Shown: piece by piece, positions 33,745 to 41,737 of the stretch
Layout of the letters: the number at the start of each line of letters is the position of its first letter
How positions within the stretch are numbered: position 1 is the stretch's first letter
Source of the DNA: an uncultured Candidatus Saccharibacteria bacterium
GTDB lineage: Bacteria > Patescibacteriota > Saccharimonadia > Saccharimonadales > JACDBH01
DNA: 64,000 bases
NCBI GenBank assembly: GCA_964644965.1
Contig: CAZXYN010000005.1
Coordinates: forward strand, 9,759 to 73,758
Direction of reading: 5' to 3'
Notes under the pieces: model-generated
The model's database searches: none
The model's input: the letters and a program-made list of their open reading frames with translations, nothing else
Told to the model about the DNA's origin: nothing
Translations under genes and position numbers: made by a program

Positions 33745-35055
33745 ATGAATATTAGGAAGACGGTGAAGAAGTTTATACCTAAGGGGTTATTCCCGTTGAT
33801 TGAGCCGTATGGCCACAAGGCTGAGGCGGTGCTGTTTCACGGTCTGAACGGTTTTCCGGCTCGGCGAATGAAAGTTATCGGTGTGACCGGGACAAACGGC
33901 AAGACGACGACCAGCTTCATGATTCACCGCATGCTAACAGAGGCAGGCTATAAAGTGGGGCTGATGAGCACGGTGGCTTACGGTATTGGTGACGAAATAC
34001 ATCCACAGGTGCACCACATGACTAATGTGGCAGTGCCGGAGCTAGTACGCCGACTAAAATGGATGCGTGACCAAGGGGTAGAATGGCTAGTGCTGGAGAC
34101 GACAAGCCACGCGCTGGCGCAGAACCGCGTGTGGGGCGTGCCGTATTCTATCGCCGTCATGACCAATGTGACGCATGAGCACCTGGATATGCATGGTACG
34201 TTTGAGCGTTATCGTGATGCCAAGCGGCGGCTGTTCCAGATAACAAACCGCAACAAAAAGGGCATGCAGGTGGGAATTATCAATGCTGAGGACCCAAGCG
34301 CTACGCTGTTTAAACGCGATATCAAAAACGCCATAACCTATGGTATCGACAAGGGTGAAATGCAAGCGCGCGACGTCAAATTGACACCAGATGGCTCTAA
34401 ATACACGGTGTTTTATAAGGGCAAAGAACTGAAGATTGAGTGTTTTATACCGGGCAAGTTTAATGTATCTAACAGCTTGGCGGCGGCGGCTGTCGGTGGC
34501 GTGGTGGGGCTGAGCGGCGAGCAGATAGAGCAGGGGATTGCGGCGCTAAAGCGGGTCGAAGGGCGGATGGATCCGATTGATGAGGGGCAGAGCTACAGTG
34601 TAATTGTGGATTTTGCTCATACGCCGGATAGTTTCGAGAAGTTATTCAAAGATCTGCGGCCAGTGGTGAAGGGCAAGCTGATTGTGATGTTTGGCAGTGC
34701 TGGGAGGCGCGACGAGGCCAAGCGGGCTATCCAGGGTGAGTTAGCTGGGAAGTATGCCGATGAGGTCGTGGTGACCGAAGAGGATGATCGTGATATCGAT
34801 GGCCAGGAAATTATGAATATGATTGCCGAGGGGGCTGAAAAGGCTGGCAAAGTGCGCGATAAGAATTTGTTTTTGGTACATGATCGTACACAGGCTATAG
34901 AATTTGCGGTTTCACGTGCATCGGCTAAAGACGACACGGTGTTGCTACTAGGAAAAGGTCACGAGAAGACCATAGAGCGAGCTGATGGTGAGCATGATTG
35001 GGACGAAATTTCCGTTGTGCGCAAGGCACTACGGAAATTGGAATCTGGAAGTTAG
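33745..35055 (+). CDS. murE: Mur ligase family protein (MurE-like, short N-terminus)
   Basis: GVTGTNGKTTT P-loop, HEHLDMHGTFERYRDAKRRLF, DFAHTPDS, C-terminal VVTEEDDRD; TTG 33727 alternative start. Confidence 0.75.
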   Translation: MNIRKTVKKFIPKGLFPLIEPYGHKAEAVLFHGLNGFPARRMKVIGVTGTNGKTTTSFMIHRMLTEAGYKVGLMSTVAYGIGDEIHPQVHHMTNVAVPELVRRLKWMRDQGVEWLVLETTSHALAQNRVWGVPYSIAVMTNVTHEHLDMHGTFERYRDAKRRLFQITNRNKKGMQVGIINAEDPSATLFKRDIKNAITYGIDKGEMQARDVKLTPDGSKYTVFYKGKELKIECFIPGKFNVSNSLAAAAVGGVVGLSGEQIEQGIAALKRVEGRMDPIDEGQSYSVIVDFAHTPDSFEKLFKDLRPVVKGKLIVMFGSAGRRDEAKRAIQGELAGKYADEVVVTEEDDRDIDGQEIMNMIAEGAEKAGKVRDKNLFLVHDRTQAIEFAVSRASAKDDTVLLLGKGHEKTIERADGEHDWDEISVVRKALRKLESGS

Positions 35056-35464
35056 AATCTGGAATCTGGAATGGAAGACATAAAATCATTCAAAAACCTA
35101 AGGGTCTGGCAGGCAAGTTATGAACTTGGTCTTGCCGTCTATCGCCATACAAAGCATTTTCCCAAGGAAGAACAGTTCGCGTTAATATCACAGATGAGGC
35201 GAGCAGTTGTATCTGTGTCTTCCAATATCGCTGAAGGTTATGGCCGCCGGCAGCCCAAAGACAAAGAGCATTTCTATACGATGGCTTGTGGCTCCCTGTA
35301 TGAATTGCAAAGCCAGCTGGAGTTTTCAAAAGGGCTTGGTTATCTAACAGATGTGCAGCACTCAGAATTATCTGAGCAAGCTGTTTCTTGTGCCAAGCAG
35401 CTCAACGCATTATTGAGCAGGCATCGGAGCTGAAATATTCTAAATTCTAACTTCCAGATTCCAA
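35038..35464 (+). mobile_element. four-helix-bundle (IVS-protein) cassette bounded by perfect 21-bp terminal inverted repeats
   Basis: TTGGAATCTGGAAGTTAGAAT (35038-35058) and its exact reverse complement ATTCTAACTTCCAGATTCCAA (35444-35464); left repeat contains the murE-like stop codon (35053-35055). Confidence 0.7.
35071..35433 (+). CDS. four-helix-bundle protein (23S rRNA intervening-sequence protein family)
   Basis: 120 aa; VSSNIAEGYGRRQPKDKEHFYTMACGSLYELQSQL family pattern. Confidence 0.85.
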   Translation: MEDIKSFKNLRVWQASYELGLAVYRHTKHFPKEEQFALISQMRRAVVSVSSNIAEGYGRRQPKDKEHFYTMACGSLYELQSQLEFSKGLGYLTDVQHSELSEQAVSCAKQLNALLSRHRS

Positions 35465-35467
35465 CTT

Positions 35468-36382
35468 CTATACGTTGTCGAGTGTGAGTGTGGTGCAGCG
35501 GATGTAGCCGCCGCCTTTGCCGAGCTCTTGGATGATAGGGGTGACGACCTTCAGACCCTTGTCCTGCAGATGCTGCTTGAGCTGGGGGGCGAAGGCGCTC
35601 ATGATGACGGTGTGGCCGGTGCTGATGAGATTGCAGGCAAAGGCCTTTTTGGCTTCGCGCGTGTTGACTTCTATTTTTTCCATCGGAAGCTCGCGTATGC
35701 GAGCCCGTGATCGGCGGGTGAAAGCAGCAGGGCACCAGGCTATCAGGCCGTCCTGTGTGTCGGTGTGCGGTCGGATGACTGCTAGGGCTAGATCGATGTC
35801 GTAGTAGTAGCTGTCTGGCCAGCCAGAGGCTTTGTTTATCACTGGTAGGCCAAGGCCAGAGAGGCTGCGCTTGGGCTTGGTTTGGAGGCTAATAACTTCG
35901 TAGCCGAGGGTGTCAGCTAGAAACTTATGGGCTTGCTCGTCGGTGCGGTAGACAGAGCCTGCGAACAGGTAGTTACCACAGGGTAGGGCATCGCCCTGGC
36001 CGCTGAAGCGAAGGTTGTCAGGCACCGTGAAAATTTCGAAGCCCAGTTTTTTTAGCTGCTCCTGTGCATAGTCTTCTTCGCCTTTTCGGGCATTGGGCAG
36101 ACGGGACATGACGGCTTTGTTGCCGCGGGTCAGCGCCCAGTTGGCGGTGTAAACACCGTCTTGACAACCAGCTGGCGGGTCAACTTGGACTACTTCGACG
36201 CGTGCTGCCCCTAGTGCGTCAGCGATACTTTGGTGCTCGGCGCGGGCCTTCTGGGCGTCGATTTTAATGCTGCTGTCCATGTGGGCATTGATGGCTTGGT
36301 CATCGCTGAAATATTCGGTACCCGACATCAGGACGCGCGCGTTGAACAAGGGGGTTCTAGGATTATCCATGCTGGTAGCCAT
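35468..36382 (-). CDS. amidinotransferase-fold enzyme (DDAH/arginine deiminase-like)
   Basis: 304 aa; C-terminal GGGYIRCTTLTL with catalytic-type Cys; overall guanidino-modifying enzyme look; exact substrate not assignable. Confidence 0.6.
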   Translation of the reverse strand: MATSMDNPRTPLFNARVLMSGTEYFSDDQAINAHMDSSIKIDAQKARAEHQSIADALGAARVEVVQVDPPAGCQDGVYTANWALTRGNKAVMSRLPNARKGEEDYAQEQLKKLGFEIFTVPDNLRFSGQGDALPCGNYLFAGSVYRTDEQAHKFLADTLGYEVISLQTKPKRSLSGLGLPVINKASGWPDSYYYDIDLALAVIRPHTDTQDGLIAWCPAAFTRRSRARIRELPMEKIEVNTREAKKAFACNLISTGHTVIMSAFAPQLKQHLQDKGLKVVTPIIQELGKGGGYIRCTTLTLDNV

Positions 36383-36595
36383 AGTAGCATGCGGGCATAA
36401 AAAAACCGCCTGCTGGCGGATGAATTCATGTGAGGTTGGGGGAAGGGCTTGGTTTTGGTGGGGAGGGAGTTAGATCGTAAGAATATTCCTACAAAATCTC
36501 ACCTGGGTTAAAGCCAAGCCCTAAAGTTGCCCGGCCTGGGTTCTGGAAGGCGTCGTTGCCCTCCGAGAACCCTGCCGGATCGGTTCCTAGCGGTA

Positions 36596-37000
36596 CTAGT
36601 CCACGTACGAGAAGATGCTTCCCTCGGTAGTGGAGTTGTTCTTGGCGAAGTCGTTGCGGATGCCCGAGTAGTAGCCAGCTACTGCAGTATCCCAATCGTC
36701 AATCATGGAATCGCTGAGGTTGTTGGCCATGGCCTGCACCTGCTGGAGAAAACTGTGTCCGATCTGCGTGCACTGCTCCTCGGTCTTGACCGCGTCACTG
36801 AGCTGGAGCAGTGCGTACCGTTCGTAGACCCAGATCTCGACGATGTCGCTGAGACCGTCCTTGCCCTTGAAGAGCCGCTCGAACTCGTTCTTGGCATACT
36901 CCGAGTAGATCGGTGCGTTGGTCCACAAGCGCATGTAGCAAGGGTTGCCAATCTCGATCGACTCGATGCCGAAGGAACCGATGTTTGTTTCAAACTCCAT
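36596..37000 (-). CDS. hypothetical protein in GC-rich island
   Basis: 134 aa, ATG start, balanced composition; competing plus-strand ORF 36527-37015 looks like antisense of GC-rich coding; no clear RBS. Confidence 0.5.
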   Translation of the reverse strand: MEFETNIGSFGIESIEIGNPCYMRLWTNAPIYSEYAKNEFERLFKGKDGLSDIVEIWVYERYALLQLSDAVKTEEQCTQIGHSFLQQVQAMANNLSDSMIDDWDTAVAGYYSGIRNDFAKNNSTTEGSIFSYVD

Positions 37001-37150
37001 CTAACTGATACCTGACTTTCGTGTAGGGGTGAGTGATGGGTGTGCTTCCATAGAATATGGATTACGTGTTAGGATACTCCTCTCGGTATATTTTGGCAAG
37101 AATAAAATTGCTAAAAATGAAACAATGTTCTAAAATATGTCATACGAACT

Positions 37151-37735
37151 ATGAATACCCCTGAATTTCAGCCCAATGAAAGCGACCTCGAGCTTATAGC
37201 AAGCCAGGAAGCAGAAAGTCGTTCACGCCTACTACAGAGTGTGACGTCTACTTTTCGTGACGCTGAGCGCTTGGATCAGGCAAACTCTGATGCTTATATC
37301 CAGCGCAGCTTGGTAGAAGCACCCGTGCCTACATACATAGCTAGACTTGATGCAAAAGACGAGAGTATTGTCCAGACACTAACGGGACAAAAAATGTCCA
37401 GAGAAAAGATATTTGTCTACATACCTCAAGAAGATAGATCAAGTGAATGGTTTACACGAGCATGGTTTAAAAGAAGGGGTCCTGATGGGGTAGAAGGAAT
37501 GTTTCAGCTAGATCAGCACGGCTATGCTCCCTACGAAAGTCATTATGATATTGAGCAAAAGCTTGCACAGGTGGAACAAGAGGTAGAAGACGAGACTGGT
37601 GAAACCGACTTGCTTCTTATTGGCGATAGATTAGTCATTGATGCAATGAAAGCAAAGATACGATCACGCCGAGAAATGGAAAATCTTCTTCGTCAACTGC
37701 GCGAAGATTTCAATATCGTGCCGTTTTACTCCTAG
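37151..37735 (+). CDS. hypothetical protein
   Basis: 194-aa ORF, no recognised motif. Confidence 0.55.
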   Translation: MNTPEFQPNESDLELIASQEAESRSRLLQSVTSTFRDAERLDQANSDAYIQRSLVEAPVPTYIARLDAKDESIVQTLTGQKMSREKIFVYIPQEDRSSEWFTRAWFKRRGPDGVEGMFQLDQHGYAPYESHYDIEQKLAQVEQEVEDETGETDLLLIGDRLVIDAMKAKIRSRREMENLLRQLREDFNIVPFYS

Positions 37736-37760
37736 TAAAACAACGAACTTGACGAAGTAA

Positions 37761-37787
37761 TTGGCACTCGGGTATCATGAGTGCTGA
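37761..37787 (+). promoter_or_regulatory. CIRCE-like HrcA operator upstream of groES
   Basis: TTGGCACTC-N9-GAGTGCTGA versus consensus TTAGCACTC-N9-GAGTGCTAA (16/18); overlaps candidate promoter TTGACG (37749-37754) / TATCAT (37773-37778). Confidence 0.65.
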
Positions 37788-37910
37788 AACGTTGATTGTC
37801 TGCTGTGCAGCGGATTGCGAGAATAATCAACGTCACACGATAATTTAAATCACGAATTTTGCGACCGTGGTAGGTTCGACGGCGTGAAAGTTCTGAAAAG
37901 AGGAGTTTTT

Positions 37911-38186
37911 ATGAGTGTACCTATTACCCCTCTGCGGGATTACGTTGTTTGCATCCGCGAGCAAAAAAAAGAGCTTAAGACCAAAAGCGGTCTGTTAATC
38001 GCGCCAACCGTATCTGACGAAGACTCTACGCTGAAGGTTGTAGCTGTAGGCAAAGATGTAAAGCAGCTTAAAGTTGGTGACCGGATTATTGCCAAAAATT
38101 ATGCTCAGACAGAGGCCAAGCTAGAGTTTGGCGGTGAACAATATCAGCTGATCAAAGAAGAAGATGTTCTAGCGACTGTGCGCTAG
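37911..38186 (+). CDS. groES: co-chaperonin GroES
   Basis: ITPLRDYVV...KSGLLIAP...VVAVGKDV...GDRIIAK; GAGGAG RBS before ATG 37911. Confidence 0.9.
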   Translation: MSVPITPLRDYVVCIREQKKELKTKSGLLIAPTVSDEDSTLKVVAVGKDVKQLKVGDRIIAKNYAQTEAKLEFGGEQYQLIKEEDVLATVR

Positions 38187-38316
38187 TAACTGCCAATTTA
38201 CCAGTTACCATTCCTCAATTATTTTACCAATTACCAATTTTTCAGAAATGGCCAATAGAAAATAATTTGGAAAATCAGCAAATGATAAATGATAATTTCA
38301 ACAAAGGGAGTAAATG

Positions 38317-39963
38317 ATGAGTAAAAAAGTATTTTATGAAGAAGATGCCCGCCGACGCGTACTCGAGGGCGCCAAGATTTTGTACGATGCAGTCAAAACA
38401 ACCATGGGGCCAAAGGGTCGCAATGTTGTAATTAGCAAGGGTTACGGAGGCCCAACTGTCACGCACGATGGTGTGACAGTGGCAAAAGGTGTCGAAATTG
38501 CCGATGTAGATGACGAAACACTAGGCTACAAAGTCGGTGCAGAGCTTATCAAGCAAGCCGCCAACAAAATGAATGATGTCGCTGGCGACGGCACAACCAC
38601 AGTCACAGTGCTGACTTATCACATTCTGAACGAAGCCAACAAGCTGATTGCTGCTGGCCATAATCCAATGCAACTCCGCAAGGGGCTCGAAGCAGCCGCT
38701 CACGATGTAATCAAGGCACTGGACAAGCAACGCGAGAATATCGCTGGTGATTCTAAGCGTGTGGCAGAAGTAGCCACGATCTCTGCTGGTGACGCCGAAA
38801 TCGGTAAGCTAATTGCTGACGTAATCGGCAAGGTTGGCAAAGAAGGCGTTGTGACCGTAGAGGAAGGCCAGGGGCTTGATCTGGAGAGCGAAGTTGTCGA
38901 GGGCTTTACCTTTGACCGCGGATTCCAGAGCGCTTACATGGTAACTGACACAGCTCGTATGGAAGCGGTGCTAGAAAAGCCACATATCGTGGTAACAGAT
39001 AAGAGAATCGGTTCGTTGCAAGAATTCCTGCCAGTGCTCGAAAAAATTGCCCAGACTGGCAAAAAGGAAGTTGTAATCATCGCCGAAGATATTGAAGGTG
39101 ACGCCCTGGCAACACTAGTGCTGAACAAGCTCAAGGGCGTGTTGAACGTGGTGACTATCAAGGCGCCATCGTTTGGTGATCGCCGCAAAGATATTCTGCA
39201 GGACATCGCGATTCTAACTGGTGGTAGTTACATCGACAGCGAGCAACAGTTTGACACAGTCGAGCTAGGCGATATTGGTACGGCTCGCAAGGTGATTGTC
39301 ACTAAGGACGAGACGACAATTATTGAAGGTGCTGGATCAGTTGCCGAGCTCAAAAACCGTATTTCTCAGATTTCTACCCAAATCAAGAATGCTTCTAGTG
39401 AGTATGACCGTGAAAATTACGAGAAGCGCCGTGCAGCCCTAAACGGCAAGGTGGCTGTCATCAAAGTGGGCGGTGCTACCGAGACCGAAATCGAAGAGAA
39501 AAAGTATCGTGTAGACGACGCCGTGGCTGCTGTGAAGGCTGCGCTAGACGAAGGAATCGTAGCCGGTGGTGGAGTGACGCTAATCAATGTGTCTACTTCT
39601 ATCGTTGATAGCTCTAAGGACGATGCTACAGTCAGTGCCGGCAAGACAATTCTAGCGAATGCGCTGGAGCAACCTTTTAGAATTCTACTGACAAACGCTG
39701 GCCTCAATGCTGACGAATGGCTGCCTCAGGTCAAAAAAGGCAAGCCGGGCCAGGGTGTAAACGTCAATAATCCAACCAAGCTAGTTGATTTGAAGTCTGC
39801 TGGTGTTGTTGATCCAGCCCGCGTGACCAAAGAAGCTGTCCAGAATGCGGTATCGATTGCTGGTACGGCTATCACCATGGGCGCGCTTGTTGTAGATGTG
39901 CCAGAGCCAAAATCTGCTGCAGCCCCTGATATGGGTGGTATGGCGGGAGGGATGGGCTTCTAG
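38317..39963 (+). CDS. groEL: chaperonin GroEL
   Basis: MSKKVFYEEDARR...TMGPKGRNVV...AGDGTTTVTVL...C-terminal GGMAGGMGF; AGGGAG RBS; ATG 38314 alternative. Confidence 0.95.
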   Translation: MSKKVFYEEDARRRVLEGAKILYDAVKTTMGPKGRNVVISKGYGGPTVTHDGVTVAKGVEIADVDDETLGYKVGAELIKQAANKMNDVAGDGTTTVTVLTYHILNEANKLIAAGHNPMQLRKGLEAAAHDVIKALDKQRENIAGDSKRVAEVATISAGDAEIGKLIADVIGKVGKEGVVTVEEGQGLDLESEVVEGFTFDRGFQSAYMVTDTARMEAVLEKPHIVVTDKRIGSLQEFLPVLEKIAQTGKKEVVIIAEDIEGDALATLVLNKLKGVLNVVTIKAPSFGDRRKDILQDIAILTGGSYIDSEQQFDTVELGDIGTARKVIVTKDETTIIEGAGSVAELKNRISQISTQIKNASSEYDRENYEKRRAALNGKVAVIKVGGATETEIEEKKYRVDDAVAAVKAALDEGIVAGGGVTLINVSTSIVDSSKDDATVSAGKTILANALEQPFRILLTNAGLNADEWLPQVKKGKPGQGVNVNNPTKLVDLKSAGVVDPARVTKEAVQNAVSIAGTAITMGALVVDVPEPKSAAAPDMGGMAGGMGF

Positions 39964-39995
39964 GAAGCCCAAAGTTTCTACATATTGGCGGCCTG

Positions 39996-40077
39996 CCCAG
40001 TAGTGAGCCTTCGTGTCCATCCGCCAAAGGCGGATGCATGGTTCGCCTGGCGAACCGCACGAAGATCTACTACTGGG
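39996..40077 (+). repeat. hairpin repeat element, copy 3 (GTAGTGAG/TCTACTAC family)
   Basis: Arms CCCAGTAGTGAGCCTTCGTG (39996-40015) and CACGAAGATCTACTACTGGG (40058-40077); two internal hairpins TCCGCC-aaa-GGCGGA and GGTTCGCC-tg-GCGAACC; 33 nt after groEL stop. Confidence 0.8.
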
Positions 40078-40100
40078 TATGATGGGCATGTAAGGCTTTT

Positions 40101-40169
40101 TTGAGAGGGGGTATCCCCCTCTCAACGCGCCGGGAAGCGAATGAATCGCTTCATCGGGCTGCTCTCCCC
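40101..40169 (+). repeat. 69-bp two-hairpin intergenic repeat, copy 1
   Basis: TTGAGAGGGGGTATCCCCCTCTCAACGCGCCGGGAAGCGAATGAATCGCTTCATCGGGCTGCTCTCCCC; about 90 percent identical to 45785-45853. Confidence 0.8.
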
Positions 40170-40260
40170 ATGGCCTGTGCAGGCTAGGGGTTATTTTTTC
40201 AGGCGAGATTGTTGCGAGCATTGCCAAAATATAGTAAAATCAGTCAAAAGGGAGACGTTC

Positions 40261-40821
40261 ATGGCACTGTTTAACCGCAATAAAGACAAATCAGCACTAC
40301 CAGAAATCGACAAATACTACGACGGCGAACGACGTGATCGTTCGGGTCTTGCGTGGCTTCTTGCCATGGTGTCGGTTATTATCGTAACCTTGCTTATAAT
40401 CGGGCTTTTTCTCTTGGGTCGGTGGGCATATCGTTCATTTATCAGTGACAACAACAGTGGCGATACTACAAGTGAACAGCAGGATGGCAATGAAGATGCT
40501 CCTAGTTTTGACGGTGGTGGCAGCTCAGATGACGGTTCGGACAGTGAAGCGAATGATGGTGAGACTGATGAGCCAGATGATTCTGAAGGTTCCGCTGACG
40601 ATTCCTCAGACGGCAGCTCATCTACAGACGGTGAAGAAGGTAGCGTAGATGCACCAGTTCGCACTGACACACCAAGCGACTCAACAGCTCAAGTCCCTGC
40701 AACAGGTGATGACCCACTACCAAACACTGGTCCAGCTGGAATTGCTACAGTATTTATGGGTGTATCGACACTCGCCGGTGGTGTTCATTACATCGTTGAG
40801 CGCAAGCGCTCCAAGCAATAA
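40261..40821 (+). CDS. LPXTG-type sortase-anchored surface protein, Asp/Ser/Gly-rich
   Basis: ATG 40261 with GGGAG RBS; N-terminal TM/signal LAWLLAMVSVIIVTLLIIGLFLL; C-terminal LPNTG + hydrophobic helix + RKRSKQ. Confidence 0.75.
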   Translation: MALFNRNKDKSALPEIDKYYDGERRDRSGLAWLLAMVSVIIVTLLIIGLFLLGRWAYRSFISDNNSGDTTSEQQDGNEDAPSFDGGGSSDDGSDSEANDGETDEPDDSEGSADDSSDGSSSTDGEEGSVDAPVRTDTPSDSTAQVPATGDDPLPNTGPAGIATVFMGVSTLAGGVHYIVERKRSKQ

Positions 40822-40927
40822 ATAGTAGCTAGGAATTTGGGTTTAGAAACCATAAATCAGAGCCTGTTGGCAACTGATTTCTGTCTACTGTTTTCTACCT
40901 ACTAATGTCTAACCTCAAAAAGACCAA

Positions 40928-41647
40928 CTAGTCGGTCTTTTTCTGCGTGAAGTAGTTTATTTCGTTGACGATGTCGAGTAGTGCCTGGGCCCGGGTCTTT
41001 TCATCGGTAATTTCCTGTGCGGCTTCGTAGGCAGGCTTGACCAAGGTGTGATCGTCGGTTGCCTGCATCATCATCATGGTGGTATGGAAACGCTCTTCTG
41101 GTGATTGGTCTAGGTGTCCGACGAGCGGTGACAAGTCCTGTAGAGCTTTGCTGCGGATTTCCGATAGGTCGTCATTGCCACTACCGGCATTATCATCTAA
41201 TCTCACATCGACAGGCAGTGGATGAGTGCTTGGTACGCTGCTAGCGTCCTGGTAAGTCTCTTCTGGTGCAGATTCTTCTACAGGTACGGGTGCTTGAGAT
41301 TGCTCTGGTGCAGGTGGTTCTTCTAGCTGGGGCTCGGGTTCGGTAGGTTGCTCTGGCGCTGTTTCTTCGTGCTGGTGCTCGCTGGTGTCATCCCAATTGT
41401 TCTGGGCTACAGGGGCGTCAGTCATGATATAGCCACCGTTGTCCTCTGTAGGCTGGTCGCTGACTGGTGGTACGCTCTGGTCGTTGTAAGCAGGAGCTAC
41501 CGGGCTAGCGCTATCGTGTTGTACAGGTAGTACGCCGTCAATTGAGCTTGGCGGTGGCGTGGGTGCCTGAACAGGACTAGCATCTTGGACAGGTTGGTCC
41601 TGATAAGCTTGATCGACCGGTTGTTGTTTACTACCAAATAGCCCCAC
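40928..41647 (-). CDS. hypothetical Pro/Gln/Glu-rich protein
   Basis: 239-aa ORF, low-complexity N-terminal two-thirds, helical-looking C-terminus. Confidence 0.5.
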   Translation of the reverse strand: MGLFGSKQQPVDQAYQDQPVQDASPVQAPTPPPSSIDGVLPVQHDSASPVAPAYNDQSVPPVSDQPTEDNGGYIMTDAPVAQNNWDDTSEHQHEETAPEQPTEPEPQLEEPPAPEQSQAPVPVEESAPEETYQDASSVPSTHPLPVDVRLDDNAGSGNDDLSEIRSKALQDLSPLVGHLDQSPEERFHTTMMMMQATDDHTLVKPAYEAAQEITDEKTRAQALLDIVNEINYFTQKKTD

Positions 41648-41737
41648 CGCATTGCTCCCTTATAGAGATTTTTAAGAACTGACAATTTCCTCTACAATAG
41701 CATAAGCAGATTAAATTGAGTAGAGGATGGAGCCAGG

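Noticed and set aside
36527-37015. 162-aa plus-strand ORF, and the 96-aa (36703-36993) and 68-aa ORFs
   Set aside because: They have a shadow-frame composition (L/R/V/D/G rich). The minus-strand 134-aa ORF is more protein-like, but this choice is uncertain.
40141-40260. N-terminal 40 codons of the 226-aa ORF
   Set aside because: This stretch lies within the 69-bp repeat element. ATG 40261 has a GGGAG RBS and gives a proper signal peptide.
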